From Candidatus Finniella inopinata (GTDB lineage: Bacteria; Pseudomonadota; Alphaproteobacteria; Holosporales; Holosporaceae): DNA of 32,000 nucleotides. Numbering within the stretch: the first letter of the stretch is position 1; the number at the start of each line of letters is the position of its first letter. The stretch spans positions 10,582 through 42,581 of the forward strand of contig CAMCZV010000001.1 of the NCBI GenBank assembly GCA_945888455.1, given 5' to 3'. The notes below the pieces were generated by a model. That model ran no database searches. It was not told where the DNA came from and was given only the letters and a program-made list of their open reading frames with translations. A program made the translations under genes and the position numbers. Below, piece after piece: positions 16,840-26,093 of this stretch.

Positions 16840-19800
16840 TTACCCTTGCATTGGTGATTCCTGTCGGCATTCGATATTCATACCCAAAGTTTTCAGCTCT
16901 TTAATCAAAACGTTAAAGGATTCTGGAACATCGGATTTAAAGTTTTCTTGCCCCTTGATAATGGCTTTGTACACCTCCATACGACCTTGCAAATCATCGG
17001 ATTTTACCGTCAGCATTTCCAACAATGTTCTGGCCGCACCATAGGCTTGCAAAGCCCAAACTTCCATTTCTCCAAATCTCTGTCCACCAAACTGAGACTT
17101 TCCACCCAAAGGTTGCTGGGTGACCAAACTGTACGGTCCAATGGATCGGGCATGGATCTTTTCATCGACCAAGTGGTGCAATTTCAACATATACAGAACA
17201 CCCACCGTGACAGGCCGATCAAAGCGCTCGCCCGTTCGACCATCGTACAAGACTTCTTGGCCAGAAGGATCAACACCAACCTCTCTAAATAGGCGCTCTA
17301 TTTCATCCACCTTAGCTCCCTCAAACACAGGGGTCGCCATGGGTAACCCATCCACAATATCCTTAACCATGGTTAGCAATGCCTCGGGCGATAATTGCTC
17401 GATCCACTCTGAAATCTCTGGCTTTTTGTATAAATCTTTTAGACCATCACGCAAAAACTGCTCGCCGCCTGTTTCAGCCAGAGCCGCTTGACGCAAGATT
17501 TCAGCTGCTTTTTTACCTTTTTGCAACGAAACCCAGCCCAAATGGGTTTCTAAAATTTGCCCTACGTTCATACGCGATGGCAATCCCAATGGGTTTAACA
17601 CCACATCAACAGGGGTTCCATCAGCCAAATAAGGCATATCTTCTTGGGGCATAATGACCGAAACAACACCCTTGTTTCCGTGTCGACCCGCCATCTTGTC
17701 TCCAGGTTGAATTTTACGCTTGATGGCCAAAAACACCTTAACGGTTTTCAAAACCCCTGTGGGCAAGTCATCGCCTCGGCTTAATTTATCCCATTTTTGC
17801 TTGAACCGTTTTTCTAATTCATCCACAGCGGCATCATGCTGTTGGTACAACGACACCACACGAGCCATGGCATTTTTGTTCTGAATCGGGATTTTCTTGT
17901 TCCGTGTTTTTGGGATTTCTGTATAAATTTCCTCGGTAATCACGGTTCCAGACACCCATTGATCAAAATTCTGAGCCAAGGTTTCTCCCATCAACAAACC
18001 TTTCATGGCTTGGGAAAATCCTTGCTCTAAAATGCGACGCTCTACCTCTTTTTCCTGAGCCATCTTGGCAACGACTTCACGCTCAATGGCCAGAGAGCGC
18101 TCATCGCGTTCCACCCCACGTCTTGAAAAGATACGCACATCCACCACAGTCCCACTCATTCCAGCAGGCACACGCAACGAACTGTCTTTCATATCGGCCG
18201 CTTTGTCTGAAAAGATGGCACGCAACAGTTTTTCTTCTGGGGTCAAAGGAACCTCTGCTTTTGGACTGACCTTACCGACCAAAATATCTCCAGGCGCCAC
18301 ATCGGCCCCAATATACACCACACCCGCTTCGTCCAAATGACGCAAAACTTCTTCGCTGGCACCGGGCACATCCCGTGTGATTTCTTCATAACCCAATTTC
18401 ATATCCCGAACAGAGGTTTCCAGTTCGTCAATATGAATGGATGTATAGGCATCCTCGTCCACCAGGCGTTGCGACAATACAATAGAGTCTTCAAATCCAC
18501 AGCCATCAAAGGGCATAAAGGCAACCAATGCATTGTGACCTAGCGCCAATTCCCCACGATCTGTGGCCGCACCATCAGCAATAATGTCACCAGCTTTAAG
18601 CAACTGCCCAACCTTGACCAAAGGCTTTTGGTGGATACACGTTCCCGCATTGGACTTTCTGAATTTATCTAAATTATAAATATCAACCACAGACCCTTGA
18701 GCAGAAAATTCCCTAGGTCGAACCACAATTCGACTGGCATCCACTTGGCTGACCACGCCATCTCTGCGCGTTCTGACAATGACGCCAGAATCACGAATCA
18801 CCAGGCCTTCTACACCCGTACCAATCAGTGGCGCCCGCGCCCGCATCAACGGAACCGCCTGGCGTTGCATGTTTGATCCCATTAAGGCACGATTGGCATC
18901 ATCATTTTCCACAAAGGGAATCAACGCCGATGCCACAGATAAAATTTGCTTTGGAGAAATATCCGCAAAATCAATTTCTGCAGGCGGAACCAAAACATAA
19001 TCGCCCGAACGACGGCAACCCACCAAAGCATCGGTCAAACGTCCCTCGCCATCGACAGCCACATCGGCCTGAGCAATGGTAAATCCTTCTTCTTCCATAG
19101 CCGATACATACACCACTTCTTGGGTCAACCGTCCATTAACAATCTTACGATACGGCGTTTCCAAAAACCCATAAGGGTTAATTCTGGCATAAATGGCCAT
19201 AGAGTTAATCAAACCAATGTTGGCCCCTTCCGGAGTTTCCACAGGACAAATTCGCCCATAATGGGTCGGATGCACATCGCGAACCTCGATTCCTGCACGA
19301 TCTCGTGTTAAACCACCTGGCCCCAATGCAGAAAGACGGCGTTTGTGATTCACCTCGGACAATGGATTGGTCTGATCCATGAATTGGGATAATTGCGACG
19401 TGCCGAAAAACTCTCGAATAATGGACGACAAGGGGCGTGCATTCAACAAATCATTGGGCATAGCCGTTTCCAGATCTACCGCCGTCATTCGCTCTCTGAT
19501 CACCCTCTGCATCCGCATTAAACCAGACCGATACTGCACCTCCAGCAATTCTCCGACAGAGCGCACACGACGATTCGTCAAGCTGTCAATGTCGTCAATA
19601 TGGCCTTTGCCCTGCTTCAAATCCAACAAATATCGCACAACGGCGATAAAGTCTTCCTTGCGCAAAACACGCTCTGTAATTGGCGCATTTAGCCCCAAGC
19701 GTGAATTCAATTTTAATCTTCCCACATCAGACAAATCATATTTTTCTGAATTAAAGAATAAGTTATGAAATAAAGTGTATGCTGCTTCTAGAGTCGGAGA

Positions 19801-20976
19801 CTCACCCGGTCTCAATACGCGATAAATATCAAACAACGCCTCTGATCGATTCGTGTTTTTATCCGACATCAAAGTGTTGCGTAAATAGGGCCCAGTATTG
19901 ACGCCATCAATATCAAGAACGGGGATTTCATGAACCCCTCTTTTTACCAGAAAATCAATCTTTTCTTCGGCAATCTCTGCGCCAACTTCCAGAAAAACTT
20001 CACCCGTTGCAGGGTCCGACAACTCCTGTGCACTGTATCGACCTAAAATATGATTATACGGAACCAAAACATGAGTAACCCCTTGGGCAATCCATTGGCG
20101 AATCATACGGGATTGTAATTTAACCCCCTTTTCAGACAAAACCTCTCCGGTTTTCGCATCCAACAAATCTTCCTCTAGGCGCACATTTTTCCACATGGTT
20201 TCTGAAAACGCAATGCGCCAAAACCCATCGCGATAATCGTAAACCCTCTGGTCATAAAATAGACTTAAAATTTCTTGACGACTCATGCCCAAACGCTTGC
20301 TCGGCGCGGCCAACGGGTCGACTTGATGGTCCGATTCCAGAGCCATCAACAGTGTACTGACTGGCATTTTACGCTTGCGGTCGATGCGCATGCACAACAC
20401 ATCCTTAATATCAAACTCAAAATCAATCCACGAACCCTGGGCTGGGATCACTCGAGCCAGAAAAAGAAACTTACCCGACGAATAATGGCCACGATCATGA
20501 TCAAAAAAGACCCCCGGAGATCGGTGCATCTGGGAAACAACAACACGCTCGACACCATTGATCACAAAAGTACCTTCTTGCGTCATCAAAGGAATATCGC
20601 CTAAATAAACATCCTGCTCTTTCATAAACTTCACAGCCCTGTCTTCTTCCCACCCAATGAGACGCAATTTTGCACGCAATGGCGCGGCATAGGTCAACCC
20701 CTTTTGTCTAGCCTCCACCAGATCACATTTTTGATCTTCCAAAGCATATTCGACAAATTCTAACTGAACGCGTCCGGAAAAATCTTGGACTGGGAATAAC
20801 GCCATCAACGATGACTGAAGGCCAACCACCCGACGATCTGCTGGCGGAACGTCTTTTTGCAAAAACTCCTCATAAGACCTGCGCTGCAACTCTATCAGGC
20901 TAGGAATGGACATGGCCTCGGGTACTCGAGAAAAATTATACCGAACCCGTCGATAAAAATCACAACTCTCGCTCAT
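16840..20976 (-). CDS. rpoB: DNA-directed RNA polymerase subunit beta
   Basis: It carries the signatures GGQRFGEMEVWALQAYGAA and NMQRQAVPL and is ~1378 aa. The start is moved to ATG 20976 (MSESCDFYRR...), which has a near-perfect SD AAGGAGG (20982-20988) 5 nt upstream. The ORF-track ATG at 21021 has no SD. Confidence 0.97.
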   Translation of the reverse strand: MSESCDFYRRVRYNFSRVPEAMSIPSLIELQRRSYEEFLQKDVPPADRRVVGLQSSLMALFPVQDFSGRVQLEFVEYALEDQKCDLVEARQKGLTYAAPLRAKLRLIGWEEDRAVKFMKEQDVYLGDIPLMTQEGTFVINGVERVVVSQMHRSPGVFFDHDRGHYSSGKFLFLARVIPAQGSWIDFEFDIKDVLCMRIDRKRKMPVSTLLMALESDHQVDPLAAPSKRLGMSRQEILSLFYDQRVYDYRDGFWRIAFSETMWKNVRLEEDLLDAKTGEVLSEKGVKLQSRMIRQWIAQGVTHVLVPYNHILGRYSAQELSDPATGEVFLEVGAEIAEEKIDFLVKRGVHEIPVLDIDGVNTGPYLRNTLMSDKNTNRSEALFDIYRVLRPGESPTLEAAYTLFHNLFFNSEKYDLSDVGRLKLNSRLGLNAPITERVLRKEDFIAVVRYLLDLKQGKGHIDDIDSLTNRRVRSVGELLEVQYRSGLMRMQRVIRERMTAVDLETAMPNDLLNARPLSSIIREFFGTSQLSQFMDQTNPLSEVNHKRRLSALGPGGLTRDRAGIEVRDVHPTHYGRICPVETPEGANIGLINSMAIYARINPYGFLETPYRKIVNGRLTQEVVYVSAMEEEGFTIAQADVAVDGEGRLTDALVGCRRSGDYVLVPPAEIDFADISPKQILSVASALIPFVENDDANRALMGSNMQRQAVPLMRARAPLIGTGVEGLVIRDSGVIVRTRRDGVVSQVDASRIVVRPREFSAQGSVVDIYNLDKFRKSNAGTCIHQKPLVKVGQLLKAGDIIADGAATDRGELALGHNALVAFMPFDGCGFEDSIVLSQRLVDEDAYTSIHIDELETSVRDMKLGYEEITRDVPGASEEVLRHLDEAGVVYIGADVAPGDILVGKVSPKAEVPLTPEEKLLRAIFSDKAADMKDSSLRVPAGMSGTVVDVRIFSRRGVERDERSLAIEREVVAKMAQEKEVERRILEQGFSQAMKGLLMGETLAQNFDQWVSGTVITEEIYTEIPKTRNKKIPIQNKNAMARVVSLYQQHDAAVDELEKRFKQKWDKLSRGDDLPTGVLKTVKVFLAIKRKIQPGDKMAGRHGNKGVVSVIMPQEDMPYLADGTPVDVVLNPLGLPSRMNVGQILETHLGWVSLQKGKKAAEILRQAALAETGGEQFLRDGLKDLYKKPEISEWIEQLSPEALLTMVKDIVDGLPMATPVFEGAKVDEIERLFREVGVDPSGQEVLYDGRTGERFDRPVTVGVLYMLKLHHLVDEKIHARSIGPYSLVTQQPLGGKSQFGGQRFGEMEVWALQAYGAARTLLEMLTVKSDDLQGRMEVYKAIIKGQENFKSDVPESFNVLIKELKTLGMNIECRQESPMQG

Positions 20977-21112
20977 TTCAACCTCCTTGTTGATTGATTG
21001 ACTTTGCAAAAACTCGACCACCTAAATCACTCTTGCCCCACAAAAAATCACATGTCTATTTTTTAGGACCCAGAACCCCACCAAGATGCCCGAACCACCG
21101 ATTCCTATTTTT

Positions 21113-21135
21113 CTGCAAGAGCTCCGTTCTTGCAG
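21113..21135. repeat. Perfect 8-bp inverted repeat (hairpin) inside the rplL-rpoB spacer
   Basis: ctgcaaga (21113-21120) pairs with tcttgcag (21128-21135), with a 7-nt loop, ~140 nt upstream of the rpoB ATG. A T-run follows on the plus strand only (cctcattttttcaggttttt). An A-run follows on the mRNA (minus) strand. Confidence 0.5.
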
Positions 21136-21406
21136 CCTCATTTTTTCAGGTTTTTACACCTTCACGAGTGGCCTCGCCAGATGAAAACCAAAAACACCTC
21201 CGCAGCTTCCTCGCCAGATCACCACGCCCCAGAGACCACAAAACCCCAAAAAGGAGCAGTATCACGAAATCGCCACAGCAGAAAAAACACTTTTTTAATC
21301 TTTCTCAAAAGCACAAAAAGAAAGGCACCCGTGAACCACTGCAGAACACAAGCACCCTTCTTTCCAACCTTAAACCAAAAAATTCATAAGGCATATCATC
21401 AGAAAA

Positions 21407-21793
21407 TTAAGCCAACTTAACTTTCGCACCCACAGCCTCTAGTTTTTTCTTCATATCTTCGGCATCTTTTTTAGAGAGACCTTCTTTGACCATTGCATCT
21501 GCCTTTTCCGCCATGTCTTTGGCTTCTTTCAGACCCAAACCAGTCAAAACACGCAACTCTTTAATCACGTCAATCTTTTTATCGCCAGCTTCGATCAATA
21601 TCACGCTGAACTCGGATTGCTCATCAGCAGCATCAGCAGCAGGAGCAGCACCGGCACCAGCAGGACCCATCATCATAGGAGCAGCCGCAGAAACACCCCA
21701 CTTTTCCTCTAACAGCTTCGTCAACTCAGCAGCTTCTAAAACGGTTAAACTGCTCAAACTTTCAACGATATTTTCTAGTGTCGTCTTAGACAT
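21407..21793 (-). CDS. rplL: 50S ribosomal protein L7/L12
   Basis: 128 aa. It has [34 protein letters not shown], an Ala/Pro-rich hinge and [29 protein letters not shown] lies 7 nt upstream, inside the rplJ 3' end. Confidence 0.95.
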   Translation of the reverse strand: MSKTTLENIVESLSSLTVLEAAELTKLLEEKWGVSAAAPMMMGPAGAGAAPAADAADEQSEFSVILIEAGDKKIDVIKELRVLTGLGLKEAKDMAEKADAMVKEGLSKKDAEDMKKKLEAVGAKVKLA

Positions 21794-21795
21794 TT

Positions 21796-22314
21796 TTATT
21801 CTCCTTGTTGTTTTTTAATATAAGCCCCCAAAGTACCGACAAACCCACGACTTGGCTCTTTGATGGTTCTCAACAGCATGGATGCCGGAGAACTGATGAG
21901 ACCCACAATCTGACCACGCAACTGGTCTAGTGTCGGCAATGTTGCCAACTTTTTAATGTCTTCCTTAGAAAGATTCTTGCCGTTTAAAATTCCACCGATG
22001 GGGTGAAAATTGGCCTCTCTTTTCTTGGAAAACTCTTCAATAACTTTTGATGCGGAAACAGGGTCCTGAGAAAAAATAATCCCCAACGGGCCCTTGAACC
22101 ACTCTTGAACACCGCCGTCATCAAACACCCTCTTTGCCAAGTTGTTCTTAACAACCTGAAAATGAGCCCCTGCAGATCGTACATTTCTACGCAACAGGCT
22201 GAATGGCTCGGCCGAAAGCCCCACTTGACGAACAACGATCATGCAAGGATAGGAACCGCAGGATTCCGAAAACTTTTCGACAAAAAGCTTTTTTTCTGAA
22301 CGAGTCACTCGCAC
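21796..22314 (-). CDS. rplJ: 50S ribosomal protein L10
   Basis: It sits immediately upstream of rplL and has an L10-like sequence (...[39 protein letters not shown]). The start is GTG 22314 or the next GTG at 22308. SD AAGGAGG lies at 22317-22323, and its spacing favours 22308. Confidence 0.9.
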   Translation of the reverse strand: MRVTRSEKKLFVEKFSESCGSYPCMIVVRQVGLSAEPFSLLRRNVRSAGAHFQVVKNNLAKRVFDDGGVQEWFKGPLGIIFSQDPVSASKVIEEFSKKREANFHPIGGILNGKNLSKEDIKKLATLPTLDQLRGQIVGLISSPASMLLRTIKEPSRGFVGTLGAYIKKQQGE

Positions 22315-22362
22315 GCCCTCCTTAATTAAAAATCATCCTTAAATTACACCACACTTCTATCC

Positions 22363-23067
22363 TTATGACAAGCCTCTATTCAGATCCAATGTCAAAGAAA
22401 ACCCCATAGTAGACGACAAAAAAGCTTTTTTAATCAAATGCCCCTTCACACCATCTGGTTTCATCTCTAGCAAAGCCGCTTGAACAGCTGCAAAGTTTTG
22501 CTCTAATGCCTCTACAGCAAAGCTGGCCTTGCCCAAAATGGCATGAACAATCCCCTGCTTTTCAGCACGCAAAGAAACTTGCCCCTTTTTAGCAGACTGA
22601 ATGGCACCCACCACATTCATGGTGACCGTACCCAATTTTGGATTAGGCATTAATTGCTTTGGACCCAAAATTTTACCCAATTTGCTTAGATGCACCATCA
22701 TGGACGGCGTAGCAATACACAGATCAAAATCAATGCGCCCTTTTTGAACTTCATCAATTAAATCCAAATCACCCACGACCTCGGCCCCTGCATCTCGGGC
22801 TTGCTGTGCCTGCTCACCTTGGGCAAAAACAGCGATGCGCACACTGCGTCCTGTACCTGCAGGCAATTCCACCATGCCGCGAATGTTTTGATCGCCTTTT
22901 TTGGGATCAATGCTGCACGCAAAAACAACTTCCACGGTTTCGTCAAACTTTGCATTGGCACGATCTTTGATCAGAACCAGCGCCTCATCAATGGCGTAAT
23001 GCTTTGAAAAGTCAATGTTGACGTCGCGCGCACGAATGCGCTTGCTCATTTTTTCGATTTTTATCAT
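22363..23067 (-). CDS. rplA: 50S ribosomal protein L1
   Basis: It has the L1 pattern ([19 protein letters not shown]; [13 protein letters not shown]...). ATG 23067 overlaps the rplK stop (ATGA), suggesting translational coupling. ATG 23049 (MSKRIRA) would give the more canonical N-terminus. Confidence 0.92.
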   Translation of the reverse strand: MIKIEKMSKRIRARDVNIDFSKHYAIDEALVLIKDRANAKFDETVEVVFACSIDPKKGDQNIRGMVELPAGTGRSVRIAVFAQGEQAQQARDAGAEVVGDLDLIDEVQKGRIDFDLCIATPSMMVHLSKLGKILGPKQLMPNPKLGTVTMNVVGAIQSAKKGQVSLRAEKQGIVHAILGKASFAVEALEQNFAAVQAALLEMKPDGVKGHLIKKAFLSSTMGFSLTLDLNRGLS

Positions 23068-23492
23068 TCTGTAACCTCAATTCCCATAGAACGTGCCGTG
23101 CCCTCTAGCATAGAGACAGCCGCTTCTGGTGTATAAGCATTCATATCCTGCATTTTTTCCTTGGCAATTTCAAGCAGCTGATCGCGGGTGATCTTGCCAT
23201 TAATGGTACGCCCTGGCGCCACACTGCCCTTTGTAATGGCCGCAGCTTTTTGCAAATAATACGATGCAGGCGGCTTGGTCAGAAAAAATGTAAATGTTTT
23301 GTCGGCAAACGCTGTGATCACCACAGGGATACGCGCATCTGACGGCATGCCAGCGGTCTGCGCATTAAACGCCTTGCAAAACTCCATAATATTCAAACCT
23401 TTTTGACCCAAAGCAGGACCAACGGGCGGAGCTGGAGTAGCTTTTCCCGCCATAATTTGCAACTTGATTGTTCCTATAATTTTTTTCGCCAT
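23064..23492 (-). CDS. rplK: 50S ribosomal protein L11
   Basis: 142 aa. [43 protein letters not shown] is the classic L11 N-terminal domain. Confidence 0.95.
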   Translation of the reverse strand: MAKKIIGTIKLQIMAGKATPAPPVGPALGQKGLNIMEFCKAFNAQTAGMPSDARIPVVITAFADKTFTFFLTKPPASYYLQKAAAITKGSVAPGRTINGKITRDQLLEIAKEKMQDMNAYTPEAAVSMLEGTARSMGIEVTE

Positions 23493-23575
23493 TACTATCC
23501 CCTTTGATAAACCCTAGTTTCCTTTAAAATACCCTTTTTTCACCCCCCTGAACACCACCCTCTAGACACTTGCTC

Positions 23576-24118
23576 CTAAATTTTCTCGACATGCCCAAAA
23601 TCCAGATCCACAGGCGTGGGTCGCCCAAAAATAGAAATGGAAACCTTTAACCGCATGCGTAAACCATCCACCTCTTCGACTACGCCCTCTAAACCAGAAA
23701 ACAAACCGTCCGTTACACGAACAATTTCACCAGGCTCAAAAGACACGCCAGAAACAGCGCCCACCCCATGGGAATCATCAATCTGATTCAACAAATTTTC
23801 CATATCCGCATCCGACAAGGGCTTTGGATCACTGCGTAAATCTGCCCCCAACATACCAATAACCCTGGGCGCTCGCCGAATGGTGTTTAACGCATCTGGC
23901 GTAGAAATCATACGCACCAAAACATACCCAGGCAAAATACGCTCCTCTTGCTGCACCGCATTGCCGCGACGCGTGGCGTGTACCATTTTCTTTAAAACCA
24001 AAACATCTTCTAACAGCTCGGCTATGCCTGCCTTAGAGAACTGCACCGACAGATCGGACGCAACCCTGTTTTCACTGCCAGCGGCAACATGAATGACATA
24101 CCATTTAAAATCTGACAT
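23576..24118 (-). CDS. nusG: Transcription termination/antitermination factor NusG
   Basis: 180 aa. It has the NGN start KWYVIHVAAGSENRV and the KOW motif GEIVRVTDGLFSGLEGVVEEVD. It occupies the conserved position between secE and rplK. Confidence 0.93.
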   Translation of the reverse strand: MSDFKWYVIHVAAGSENRVASDLSVQFSKAGIAELLEDVLVLKKMVHATRRGNAVQQEERILPGYVLVRMISTPDALNTIRRAPRVIGMLGADLRSDPKPLSDADMENLLNQIDDSHGVGAVSGVSFEPGEIVRVTDGLFSGLEGVVEEVDGLRMRLKVSISIFGRPTPVDLDFGHVEKI

Positions 24119-24126
24119 AAGCTATC

Positions 24127-24321
24127 CTATAATACGAGCCGAAGACTACCCATCACCACTTGATCCACAAAAAATAGGAAAATGGCAAACATGGCCGCAA
24201 TAATAAAGACTATAATGCTGGTAAACACCACGTCTCGCTGCGTTGGCCAAACAATTCGCCTGGCTTCTTGCATCACTTGATCAAAAAACAAGCGTGAAGA
24301 CTTTAACCATTTTGACCCCAT
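24127..24321 (-). CDS. secE: Preprotein translocase subunit SecE
   Basis: A 64-aa single-TM protein (…WPTQRDVVFTSIIVFIIAAMFAIFLFFVD…) located 8 nt upstream of nusG, which is the conserved secE-nusG arrangement. Confidence 0.85.
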   Translation of the reverse strand: MGSKWLKSSRLFFDQVMQEARRIVWPTQRDVVFTSIIVFIIAAMFAIFLFFVDQVVMGSLRLVL

Positions 24322-24350
24322 ATGTCACTCATATCTTGTGGCAATCCCTT

Positions 24351-24380
24351 TTTATACATGATTTCGGGCCATCTTGTCAA
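24351..24380 (-). promoter_or_regulatory. Near-consensus sigma70 promoter for secE-nusG (and downstream r-protein genes)
   Basis: The minus strand reads aaaTTGACAagatggcccgaaatcatgTATAAAaag. The -35 TTGACA (24375-24380) is a 6/6 match, the spacer is 18 nt and the -10 TATAAA (24351-24356) is 5/6. It lies between the accD stop and the secE ATG. Confidence 0.5.
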
Positions 24381-24402
24381 TTTATCCAAAACCACCCCCC
24401 AT

Positions 24403-25260
24403 TTACCCAGCCATGCTGTGCTGTAACGTCTGCAACAGATTGGAAAACGTTTCTCTGAACACGCTGCGTGATGTAATCAGATCCACAAATCCATGTTTTT
24501 TTTGAAATTCTGCGGTCTGAAAACCCTCTGGTAACGGTTGGCGTAATGTTTCTTGGATCACGCGCGCGCCCGTAAATCCAATAATGGCGCCGGGCTCTGC
24601 AAAGGTAACATCCCCCAATGCGGCAAAGGATGCCGCCACACCGCCTGTGGTGGGGTGCGCCATAAGCATAACAACCGGCAACCGGGCCTCTTTGACCATT
24701 TGTACGGCGATGGTGCTGCGCGGCATTTGCATCAACGATAAAATCCCTTCTTGCATGCGTGCCCCACCAGAGGACGACACCATCAAAAAGCATGCCTTTT
24801 TATCCACGGCCATTCTCGCCCCCTTAATCAAGGCTTCGCCTGCAGCCATCCCCATAGAGCCCCCAATAAATGCAAAATTAAAGCAAGCCACCACCACAGG
24901 ATTGGTCCCCACCTTGCCCATGGCCAAAGTCACCGCATCGATTTCTTTGGTCTTTTGACGGGCATCTTTTAATCGATCCGTGTACTTTTTTTGATCTCGA
25001 AAACCCAAAGGATCCAGAGGAACCGTAGGCAAAGGCAAAACTTGATAATACCCATCGTCGAATAAGTGGGCCAATCGAGCCGCCACAGGCCACATGGCGT
25101 GATGCCCACAATGGGTACACATAAATAAATTGTCTTCCAGGTGTTTTTGAAAAATCATTTTTTCACACCCCAAGCAAGATGACCACAGAGATTCTGGAAC
25201 ATCTCGTTTCTTGCCTAACGATCGGATTTTTGGTGGAATAAAGTGCGTTAACCAACTCAT
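24403..25260 (-). CDS. accD: Acetyl-CoA carboxylase carboxyltransferase beta subunit
   Basis: 285 aa with the N-terminal zinc ribbon CLGCEKMIFQKHLEDNLFMCTHCGHH followed by a carboxyltransferase core (FIGGSMG, ...TTGGVAASFA). Confidence 0.92.
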   Translation of the reverse strand: MSWLTHFIPPKIRSLGKKRDVPESLWSSCLGCEKMIFQKHLEDNLFMCTHCGHHAMWPVAARLAHLFDDGYYQVLPLPTVPLDPLGFRDQKKYTDRLKDARQKTKEIDAVTLAMGKVGTNPVVVACFNFAFIGGSMGMAAGEALIKGARMAVDKKACFLMVSSSGGARMQEGILSLMQMPRSTIAVQMVKEARLPVVMLMAHPTTGGVAASFAALGDVTFAEPGAIIGFTGARVIQETLRQPLPEGFQTAEFQKKHGFVDLITSRSVFRETFSNLLQTLQHSMAG

Positions 25261-25359
25261 TTGTCTTCTGCCGTCACATTTTTATCCCATCATAACGCGC
25301 TCTGGGGCAACCGCCTAGGGCTCTGACCCTAAGCCACAGCCCTGCCCTAGGACACACCC

Positions 25360-26028
25360 TTAGTGTGAAAACAAATCATCAGGAAAACCCGCCACATCCG
25401 CCACCACTCTGGTTGGTAAAAATCGACAAATGGCTTTGAATAGGTCTTGTCGACCTTCTCTGTTCAAACGAACATCCAATTGGGATTTCAAAGCATGCAG
25501 ATACAGCACATCTGATGCAGCATAATGTTTCTGAGATTCTGTCAACGTTTCCGTCCCCCAATCCGAACATTGCTCTGATTTTGACAAATCTGTACCCAAC
25601 AATTCGCGACACAAGGATGCCAAACCATGATACTGGGTATACGTTCTGACCAGGCGAGATGCAATTTTGGTACAATAAATAGGGCCAGCACATAATGCAT
25701 CCAACCCTACATACAGGGCTCTGATGTCAAAACGGGCAAAATGAAAAATCTTCTCGACATTGGGATTGGTCAACATGGCCTTTAACCGAGGGGCGGGCAG
25801 TTTTTTTTTTGCGATTTGAACCAAATGACAAATGCCGTCTCCTTGGCATAATTGCACCAAGCACAAACGATCGCGTCCTGACTCTAGCCCCATGGTTTCG
25901 GTATCAATGGCAACAGATCGCTCGAAAACCACGTTGTGGGGTAAATCATCGGCATATAAACGCACATCCAAAGGCTTTTTCATCATGCCTTTTGGTCCAC
26001 GAACGTCTGGCAACTCTCTTATTCTCAA
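25360..26028 (-). CDS. rnd: Short RNase D-like 3'-5' exonuclease (DEDDy family)
   Basis: The motifs AIDTETMGL (Exo I), HFARFDIRAL (Exo II) and YAASDVLYLHAL (Exo III) are present. The TTG start at 26028 has a strong SD, AGGAGG, 6 nt upstream (plus-strand cctcct at 26035-26040). ATG 25986 is an alternative. Confidence 0.75.
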   Translation of the reverse strand: MRIRELPDVRGPKGMMKKPLDVRLYADDLPHNVVFERSVAIDTETMGLESGRDRLCLVQLCQGDGICHLVQIAKKKLPAPRLKAMLTNPNVEKIFHFARFDIRALYVGLDALCAGPIYCTKIASRLVRTYTQYHGLASLCRELLGTDLSKSEQCSDWGTETLTESQKHYAASDVLYLHALKSQLDVRLNREGRQDLFKAICRFLPTRVVADVAGFPDDLFSH

Positions 26029-26093
26029 TGTGCCCCTCCTGTGTTGTTTTGCCCCAGATTACGCCCAGAACCCCTGTGGACGCAACCCGCACG

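Noticed and set aside
12998-20604. Numerous 60-150-aa ORFs antisense to, or out of frame within, rpoC and rpoB (for example 12998..13456, 16241..16681, 19379..19768).
   Set aside because: All are nested in the unambiguous rpoB and rpoC reading frames. They have biased, low-complexity-like translations and no start context.
21113-21135. The hairpin might be the rplL terminator or attenuator.
   Set aside because: On the mRNA (minus) strand it is followed by an A-run, not a U-run. The T-tract is on the opposite strand, so it is recorded only as an inverted repeat.
20994-21420. Plus-strand ORFs 20994..21389 (131 aa) and 21130..21420 (96 aa) fill the rplL-rpoB spacer.
   Set aside because: They translate to P/K/S/R-rich low-complexity sequence. 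They have no SD and overlap the rpoB start and rplL end in antisense. They are explained by the G-poor, C/A-rich composition, which rarely generates TAA, TAG or TGA codons.
24377-25120. Alternative-frame ORFs inside accD (24377..24793 minus, 24584..24958 plus, 24878..25120 minus).
   Set aside because: The accD frame is full length with the zinc ribbon and carboxyltransferase motifs. The others are R/H/G-rich shadows.
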